Shown here: in pieces, positions 26,327 through 32,000 of the stretch
Position numbering within the stretch: the stretch's first letter is position 1
Layout of the letters: every line of letters begins with the position of its first letter
Source of the DNA: Pirellula staleyi DSM 6068
GTDB lineage: Bacteria; Planctomycetota; Planctomycetia; Pirellulales; Pirellulaceae
Length of the DNA stretch: 32,000 nucleotides
Direction: 5' to 3'
NCBI GenBank assembly: GCA_000025185.1
Contig: CP001848.1
Coordinates: 1,110,001 to 1,142,000 of the forward strand
Notes under the pieces: model-generated
What the model saw: the letters and a program-made list of their open reading frames with translations, nothing else
Database searches by the model: none
Told to the model about the DNA's origin: nothing
Translations under genes and position numbers: made by a program

Positions 26327-27829
26327 CTAACGATTCGAGGGGACCATACGAACGATCGGTGCCCCAGTGCTATCATGGGCGATCACGCAGTTGCGACCCT
26401 GCGCAATCGCTGCTTGCAGAGCGCGACGGGCACGCTCGAGAATCAGCCGCATGTCGTCCCCATTGCTCACCTCGACCGCACCCACGGTGATGGTGAACCA
26501 GGCGGCTCCAGCACGACGTGGCAAACGACATTTTTGTACGGCTGCTCGAAGGCGTTCGCTCACCGAGTGAGCATCGATGATCTTGGCACCTGGCAGCAAC
26601 AGCGCGAAGGTATCTTCGCCCAGACGTGTCACGTGATCCATGTCGCGCATTGTCGCTTGCATGATCTGCGACGTCACTCGCAAAACGGTGGCCGCAGCTG
26701 TGGGACCATGTTCGGTCGCCACGCGCATCAAACCATCGACTTGCACCATCATGAGCGAAAGTGGCGCGCCGCCACGTCGCCACTGAGCCAGCCGACGAAT
26801 CAGATCGTCAAAGAACACAGGACGCGACGAAACGTTCGCAATCGGATCTCGTGTGAAAAGCTCATTGGTGTCGGCTTCAAAGAGCCATTCATCTCCCACC
26901 TTCGCAACCGACATTTCGGCAGCAGCCGTTTGTGCGGCGACCGCTGCGGGATCGTTGATGGTGAGTCGAACAGTCCGCTCGGCGTTGGTCATGTGGCCGC
27001 AGTTGCGACCCGCCTTCTTCGACGCGTAGAGTGCTTCGTCGGCGCGACGAATCCATTCTTGTTCGTTATCGGTCGGCAGCAATTCCGACAGGCCAGCCGA
27101 CGCGGTGACGCTGAGCGACTTGCCTTGAAAACGAAAGTTGGCCGTGGCCACCGCCTGACGCGCTTTTTCAGCAGAGATTTGGCACGCTGCGAACGACACA
27201 CCCGGAAACACAATGGCAAATTCTTCACCACCGTAGCGGGCCACAAGTTCAGCCGAGCTGAATGCGTTGCGAAGTACACGGGCAACCCCGCGGAGCACTT
27301 CATCGCCCGCTTGATGACCGTGGGTGTCGTTGAATTTCTTGAAGTGGTCGACGTCGAGAATCATCAGCGTCGAGACGGTTTTATTGTGATCTCGTTCGCT
27401 AAGGCAGCGGCGGAGTTCGTCGTCGAAGGCGCGACGATTGGCCACTTGCGTTAAAGCATCGGTGCGGGCTTCGACCGCATGCGATTCAATTTGTCGCGCT
27501 TGAGCCTGCAGTCGTTCTTCCGCCGATACGAGCTGCTTTTGCATCCGCTCGTTGGCGTCAATCAGCCGCTGAACGGTGGTGAGGACATCACTATCTTGCT
27601 CGCCGCCACTCAGTTCGGCGTTGATCTCTTGAACATAGGTAGCGTGCTCATCGACATCGGCAGCGACCCGCGCGGTGAGATCTTGCAAGCGAGCGATCGT
27701 CTCTCGCGCTAGATGTTGTTCAGCTTCGATATCGCCGACAGGCCTTCGTCGTCGCACCAATGCGAGCACCACCGCGACAGCGCCAAGCGCTGCGAGGAGA
27801 GTGATGACGAAGCTCAACCAGGTCGACAT
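26327..27829 (-). CDS. Membrane-anchored diguanylate cyclase: TM, coiled coil, active GGDEF (GGEEF), then degenerate second GGDEF domain
   Basis: N-terminal TM WLSFVITLLAALGAVAVVLALV, then a heptad-like region. DALTQVANRRAF...LDVDHFKKFNDTHGHQAGDEVL...RYGGEEF, with GGEEF verified at 27218-27232. The second domain (about aa 327-486) has RLGEDTF in place of the signature. Confidence 0.9.
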   Translation of the reverse strand: MSTWLSFVITLLAALGAVAVVLALVRRRRPVGDIEAEQHLARETIARLQDLTARVAADVDEHATYVQEINAELSGGEQDSDVLTTVQRLIDANERMQKQLVSAEERLQAQARQIESHAVEARTDALTQVANRRAFDDELRRCLSERDHNKTVSTLMILDVDHFKKFNDTHGHQAGDEVLRGVARVLRNAFSSAELVARYGGEEFAIVFPGVSFAACQISAEKARQAVATANFRFQGKSLSVTASAGLSELLPTDNEQEWIRRADEALYASKKAGRNCGHMTNAERTVRLTINDPAAVAAQTAAAEMSVAKVGDEWLFEADTNELFTRDPIANVSSRPVFFDDLIRRLAQWRRGGAPLSLMMVQVDGLMRVATEHGPTAAATVLRVTSQIMQATMRDMDHVTRLGEDTFALLLPGAKIIDAHSVSERLRAAVQKCRLPRRAGAAWFTITVGAVEVSNGDDMRLILERARRALQAAIAQGRNCVIAHDSTGAPIVRMVPSNR

Positions 27830-28003
27830 TCCGCTAATCCATCGGGCAGGAAAGATAGCTGGGCATCAGAGCCCAAAATCTACGGGCGTATAACGGAGAG
27901 CCTAGGGCTCCCGGAAAGCACGCATGAATCGGTGCTCCCTGTGAACAAATACGTCGCAGGTAGTTGATGTCAAACGGTAAGCCGCAAAACATCGCGTGTG
28001 CCA

Positions 28004-28249
28004 CTACGAGCAGCTAACTGTGACCCTACTACAAGCTCGCATGCCGAGCTGCGAGCGCCCAGCGCGCGATTTCAACCCACCGGGTTCCAGTGCAATCACA
28101 GCCCGGGATTTTGGCTCTCGCATGATCGCCTCGTAGGTAGAAATATAGGCATCCGCTTCGCCCAGAGTACATCGCTCAAGTACCACATCACCCGCTGGGA
28201 GGATAATGACCTGATACCGACGCTTCTGACAAATTCCTGAAGTCTTCAT
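28004..28249 (-). CDS. Hypothetical small protein (weak call)
   Basis: The ATG at 28249 is preceded by the purine-rich stretch AAAGAGAAAGAG. The first ~55 aa (RYQVIILPAGDVVLERCTLGEADAYISTYEAIM) look protein-like, but the C-terminal part is Arg/Ser/Cys-rich and dubious. The ORF track starts at 28309. Confidence 0.3.
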   Translation of the reverse strand: MKTSGICQKRRYQVIILPAGDVVLERCTLGEADAYISTYEAIMREPKSRAVIALEPGGLKSRAGRSQLGMRACSRVTVSCS

Positions 28250-28350
28250 CACGAACTCTTTCTCTTTAACGAACCACTTACTTACGACTTCTACAACACT
28301 TGCAATCATCTTTTACAGAAAAACCAGCACATTTCGCACATTCCCACCCC

Positions 28351-29496
28351 TCAGAACGGCGCTGCTGTCGGGGTGGTTTGTTTTGCTCCCATCCGCTCGT
28401 TGTACGTATCGATCAGCAGACGGGGACGGATTTCATAGGTCGGACGCGCACCGAAATTCAGATGCGCCAGAGGACGCAAAACATCCCGATCGACACAGCG
28501 CAGCAGCTCGGAGAATTCGACTTGCACCGCTGAGAGCGCGACCATGAACGGAATCCAGCGCCCCGAATAGCCGCTGCCAGTCGATGCCGCTTGAATGATC
28601 TCCGGGGGAACTTCGAGCGCCTTCCAGATCTCGAGATCGAGATCTTTTTTCCAGTCGAAGATCTGTGTTGCGCCGCCGGTGTCGCGCGGTGGTGTGTAGT
28701 CGGTCAATCGATTGCCATGCTGATCGCGCACCAGTGGCAACGTGAGCGCGCCACCCGTTTGCCGTGCTTCGATCAGTTGACGCCCCACATCGCGCCAACT
28801 CACTTGTGTTCCGTCGGCCAGTTGCACCGCTTGGTCGGCTGGATACCAAAAAATATCGCCGATGTAGCTGTCTTTCATCATTCGCAAACGAAGGGATCGC
28901 TTTGCGCCCCCTTCCATCCACTTCTCGTACCAGGCGGGATAGGCGCGCGCTAGTAGCGAACATCCATAAGGGTGACCACTCTCGCTGTCGAACGTCACGA
29001 GCAATCCGCGAGGAGCCAGAAGCGTGACTTCTTGATCGCCATCGCGCCACACAAAACCAGCAGGCTCATGACCGCGCATCACAATCCGAATCTCGCGCGC
29101 GGGACGTTCAATCAACTGATCGACCTCGACGAAGCCAGCAAATCGTCCGCCTGTAGCGCGCCGGTAAACCACTTCCGACGCTTGAAATCCGTAGAGTTTC
29201 GCGCGTAGCAGCTGAGGAGCGTACGTTGACCAGAGTCGACTCCACTCGCCTCGCACCCACTCCACAACATCGTCTTGATCTCCCGAAACAGTCACCTCGG
29301 CACCCATCAGCAAACCATTCCGAGCACCAAGTCCAATGCGCACTTGTGCGTCGAATCGCATGGCGTCGGCTGTAGCAAGTGTGAAAGTCGGAAGCTCGGC
29401 GAGCGACGGAGTAATTGGGTCGATCCCTGTGAGTTGCGAAGGCTGACGCGAGCGTGGTGGAAAGAACGAATCTCGAAGTTTTTGTAGCAGGCCCAT
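28351..29496 (-). CDS. Phage portal-like protein (DUF935 / Mu gp29-like pattern, tentative)
   Basis: AAGGA lies 9 nt upstream of the ATG. Blocks AMRFDAQVRIGLGARNGLLMGAEVTV, AKLYGFQASEVVY and PYGCSLLARAYPAWYEKW resemble my recollection of the DUF935 portal profile. At 381 aa it is shorter than typical portals. Confidence 0.4.
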   Translation of the reverse strand: MGLLQKLRDSFFPPRSRQPSQLTGIDPITPSLAELPTFTLATADAMRFDAQVRIGLGARNGLLMGAEVTVSGDQDDVVEWVRGEWSRLWSTYAPQLLRAKLYGFQASEVVYRRATGGRFAGFVEVDQLIERPAREIRIVMRGHEPAGFVWRDGDQEVTLLAPRGLLVTFDSESGHPYGCSLLARAYPAWYEKWMEGGAKRSLRLRMMKDSYIGDIFWYPADQAVQLADGTQVSWRDVGRQLIEARQTGGALTLPLVRDQHGNRLTDYTPPRDTGGATQIFDWKKDLDLEIWKALEVPPEIIQAASTGSGYSGRWIPFMVALSAVQVEFSELLRCVDRDVLRPLAHLNFGARPTYEIRPRLLIDTYNERMGAKQTTPTAAPF

Positions 29497-29544
29497 CGAA
29501 TGAATTCCTTGAATGTGCTTGTTGAAAAAGGATGGAAGTGTCTG

Positions 29545-30039
29545 TTACGAATCGCTCCGACGTCGATGGAGCGAAGCCGCCGGATTGCTTCCAGTGCTGG
29601 TCGAAAGATCGGGTTTCACTCGGCGCTGACTCGCCAGGTCGATCCGAAAGTTGGTGACCGTCGGCATGGTTTCCGCAGGAGGCAAGGCATCGGGCAGACG
29701 CAGCCGACCTGCTGCAATCTCGAGTAAATCGCGCAGATAGCTGTCGTGCTGTTCTGCCAGCGGTGCAGGTGGTTCGTCCGATTTGCGAATCGAAAGCAGA
29801 TAGGCGGCAATCGCTGCATTGCAGTCGCGACACCAGGCGTTGCCTGCCAACGAGGCAACGACAAAACGTTGTTCGAGGTAGGCATTCATGCGACCAGCAG
29901 CTCGTTCAATCGCGCGGCTGATGATGGCCTCTTCCACACTCGAGATCGTGCCACTCGAATCGTCATCGACAGTTCCAATCAACTCACTGGGGGACCAGAT
30001 GGCATCAATGTCAGCCTTAGTACAGTACGTGGTCGTCAT
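29545..30039 (-). CDS. Phage head-tail adaptor-like protein (DUF1320 / Mu gp36-like)
   Basis: N-terminus MTTTYCTKADIDAIWSPSELIGTVDDD matches the characteristic YCT-x-xDL...L-x-L-x-DD opening of DUF1320 proteins. It sits immediately downstream of a major capsid gene, as in Mu-like phages. Confidence 0.6.
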   Translation of the reverse strand: MTTTYCTKADIDAIWSPSELIGTVDDDSSGTISSVEEAIISRAIERAAGRMNAYLEQRFVVASLAGNAWCRDCNAAIAAYLLSIRKSDEPPAPLAEQHDSYLRDLLEIAAGRLRLPDALPPAETMPTVTNFRIDLASQRRVKPDLSTSTGSNPAASLHRRRSDS

Positions 30040-30116
30040 GGCGTCACACTTTCATAGATAGGCATATTTCTAGTGAAATACGCATGCTTTCTTGCTGTCA
30101 CAGTGGATCACGAGCC

Positions 30117-30155
30117 AAAAAAAGGCGCACGAAGCGAGTGATCACTTCGCGCGCC
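30117..30155 (-). terminator. Strong rho-independent terminator after the major capsid gene
   Basis: Minus-sense GGCGCGCGAAGTGA-TCAC-TCGCTTCGTGCGCC forms a 14-bp stem (12 Watson-Crick pairs plus 2 G:U) with a tetraloop. It is followed by T7 (the plus-strand A7 at 30117-30123). Confidence 0.8.
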
Positions 30156-30211
30156 GCATGTGCCGCACAAAAAACTGCACAGCACTATTTGTCGATCGAG
30201 TTGAGTCGCGA

Positions 30212-31324
30212 CTAAGGGGTCACGATCTTGCCGTAGGCGATAGCCGCTGGGGTGTAGAGCGCAGGGATGCCGTTGAACACACCGCACAAATCCCAGCCAC
30301 TCGGATCGTGCGTCGCATAGGCATAGGGATAGAAGCCAAACTGTTCTTGCTTGGCACCACCGGGACCTTCCGTCACAATCTCCGACCCTTCGAGATACTG
30401 AGCCCAGCGCGGTGATGGTTCAGGAAGGAACGCGGCATAGTCATCTTCGATCAGCTTGACGAACGATTCTTGCGAGCCGTTCCAAACTTCGAGACCGTAG
30501 TCCACGATGTGAAACGTCACCCAAGGAATCGCCCGCAAAACAGCCGAAAACTCGCCACTTCCGACACGCTGCATCGATTCAAACACAACGTTGGTCGAAC
30601 CACCTTGCGCTTGCACCTTGGTGTTGTTCACCACATGCTGCCAACCAGCGCCGGTGAGCACCACATGCGCGAGTCCCATGCCGGTCAGCTGCACCATCGC
30701 GGTGTTAATCAGCTGCAATTGCTTCGGAATATCGGTGCTGGTCGAGCTCCAGCTAGCGCTCAGGATGTCGCCAGCACCGAGCATGTTCAGTCCCGAACGA
30801 TTACTCGCAGGAACTTGAAAATCGATCTGCACCTGACCACTCGTGAAGCCATGTCGCAGCTGATCGCCATCGGCGGTGTAGGAGTACGAACCGCGCAGCA
30901 TTGCGGCAGTTTGGAACTCCACCAGATTCGCGAAGCGCTGCGCCAGGTAGTACTCTTGCCGTGTGAGATAGCTCTCGCCGCCGAAGTCGAGGTCGTCGGT
31001 CGATTCACCAATCTCGCGGCGGTTGAGCAGGTCTTCATCGAGGAGTGAGATCACTTCTGCAGCGCGGGGAAATGTCGCGGCGACTGTCCCCACTCGCTGA
31101 GGCCGTGTTCGACTTGCCACCTGACCGGGAACACGGCCCGTGGCCACGCTGCGCGTGTGGTTGAAAATGTCGTACGAAAAATGACGCCCCGAGAGACGAC
31201 GAATGTTTCGCCCACCAAGCTTCCATCCAAAAAGCGATTGCAGCGTCGTGCCAGGCAGATCGAGCTGCGAGATGGCCTTGTAGATGGTCTTGGGAGCGAG
31301 GAGCGTAGCTGCTGAGGTACCCAT
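30212..31324 (-). CDS. Phage major capsid protein, lambda gpE-like (HK97 fold)
   Basis: GGAG lies 8 nt upstream of the ATG. LTRQEYYLAQRFANLVEFQTAAMLRGSYSYTADG parallels lambda E RRIIMQNMRDEELAIAQVEEMQAVSAVLKGKYTMTGE. C-terminal AFLPEPS...FYPYAYATHDPSGWDLCGVFNGIPALYTP parallels FLPDNT...YPKNWVTTGDPAREFTMIQSAPLMLL. Confidence 0.75.
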   Translation of the reverse strand: MGTSAATLLAPKTIYKAISQLDLPGTTLQSLFGWKLGGRNIRRLSGRHFSYDIFNHTRSVATGRVPGQVASRTRPQRVGTVAATFPRAAEVISLLDEDLLNRREIGESTDDLDFGGESYLTRQEYYLAQRFANLVEFQTAAMLRGSYSYTADGDQLRHGFTSGQVQIDFQVPASNRSGLNMLGAGDILSASWSSTSTDIPKQLQLINTAMVQLTGMGLAHVVLTGAGWQHVVNNTKVQAQGGSTNVVFESMQRVGSGEFSAVLRAIPWVTFHIVDYGLEVWNGSQESFVKLIEDDYAAFLPEPSPRWAQYLEGSEIVTEGPGGAKQEQFGFYPYAYATHDPSGWDLCGVFNGIPALYTPAAIAYGKIVTP

Positions 31325-31465
31325 GAGAACTTCTCCGAACTTTCTAAACTTCTATTGATGACTTTGTTACAACATTTGATTTCATCGGGCGAGTGCGCAA
31401 GCGAAGTCGCACTCGTCGTTAAGCGACTATTTCCAGGGAAATACGGCTGTTCTTTGTTCCAGTGA

Positions 31466-31990
31466 CTAGGCGGCAACGGCAGCGGTCGTTCCACCAAGAT
31501 TGGTGACCAGCCACTTCACGTTCACCGAGTCGACGAAGACACCCTCGACCAGCACCTGACTGCCAATCTTGTTTGCTCCAGCGGTAAACGACACTGTCGA
31601 TGCATTCGAGTACCCTCTGTGGATCATGTTCCCGCTGCCGACGATCGTCAGGTCGTTATCGGTCGTTTGAGCGATGCGATAGGCGAGACCATTGGCCGCC
31701 GCTGGCAGCGTGATGGTGGATGCACCAGACATCAAAAAGAGGAGACCAGTTTGTGCACTCGTGAGCGTTTGATTCCCTGCAGCACGAACGACACCACGTG
31801 GGTGCATGAGAACCCCTGGATGCACCTCGAGATTGTCGAACTGAATCCGACCAGCGAGTTGCTGCTTGGCACGCTCGTCGAGGTTCGGCAACTCAGCGGC
31901 ACGCACCAGCCCTTGCACAATCAGCTGCGTGAACCGCTGCGTAGGCTGACCATCGACTTCCATCGGGAGAGGATTCTCGAGAACACCCAC
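31466..31990 (-). CDS. Phage head decoration/cement-like protein (tentative; may extend beyond the window)
   Basis: It sits directly upstream of the E-like capsid gene, as lambda D precedes E. The pattern TLTSAQTGLLFLMSGASTITLPAAANGLAYRI...LTIVG...W-V resembles small beta-rich phage head accessory proteins. The annotated start is a GTG at 31990, and the frame stays open to the window edge. Confidence 0.45.
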   Translation of the reverse strand: MGVLENPLPMEVDGQPTQRFTQLIVQGLVRAAELPNLDERAKQQLAGRIQFDNLEVHPGVLMHPRGVVRAAGNQTLTSAQTGLLFLMSGASTITLPAAANGLAYRIAQTTDNDLTIVGSGNMIHRGYSNASTVSFTAGANKIGSQVLVEGVFVDSVNVKWLVTNLGGTTAAVAA

Positions 31991-32000
31991 GGCAATCTGA

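Noticed and set aside
26075-27454. 459-aa plus-strand ORF
   Set aside because: It is antisense to the GGDEF cyclase, whose GGEEF codons I verified on the minus strand. The product is Arg/His/Cys-rich and not protein-like.
27898-27910. Palindrome GAGCCTAGGGCTC resembling the IS terminal sequence GAGCCTATCC (possible solo IS end or att site)
   Set aside because: Only 7 nt match the IS inverted repeat, which is too short to distinguish from chance.
1-32000. Scan for CRISPR arrays, tRNA/rRNA genes, reverse transcriptase/retron or DGR elements
   Set aside because: There are no regularly spaced short direct repeats and no GGTTCGAATCC-type T-arm contexts or rRNA-like stretches. No ORF carries RT (YxDD) or integrase motifs. 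Nothing supports such a call.

Overview
High-GC (about 60-67% by spot counts) bacterial chromosomal window. The gene content (Cys-type sulfatase, secreted beta-propeller/HEAT protein plus HEAT/CxxCH cytochrome partner, DUF1566, DUF255, many TTG/GTG starts, weak Shine-Dalgarno usage) suggests a Planctomycetota, Pirellulales-like genome; this is inference only. Layout: (1) 232-2654 is a low-GC islet bounded by two direct copies of a ~78-nt hairpin repeat. It holds a 5'-truncated toxin-like gene fragment, two small orphan ORFs and an intact IS5-family insertion sequence. (2) 3002-12856 holds ordinary accessory and housekeeping genes: S1 protease, sulfatase, dehydrogenase/HEAT and cytochrome c pair, DUF1566, SDR. 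Structured intergenic repeats are interspersed, including a 98-nt element present twice with 100% identity. (3) 13288-21703 is a tightly packed seven-gene same-strand cluster: RDD, SpoIIM-like, multi-TM protein, DUF4129, DUF4350, MoxR AAA+ ATPase, DUF58. It is almost entirely membrane-anchored and has no assigned function. Its MoxR carries an unusual ~205-aa zinc-ribbon plus low-complexity N-terminal extension. I consider this the best candidate for an undescribed system. (4) 21741-25691 holds a pseudouridine synthase, a DUF255 thioredoxin-fold protein and an SDR on the minus strand. (5) 26327-27829 is a membrane diguanylate cyclase with an intact GGEEF domain followed by a degenerate second GGDEF domain. 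An ORF-poor ~450-nt tail ending in a strong terminator lies downstream of it. (6) 28004-32000 is a minus-strand phage head module (decoration-like, lambda-E-like major capsid, DUF1320 adaptor, portal-like) in non-canonical order, running off the window edge. No rRNA, tRNA or CRISPR array was seen. All family assignments come from motif recognition by eye; no database search was run.
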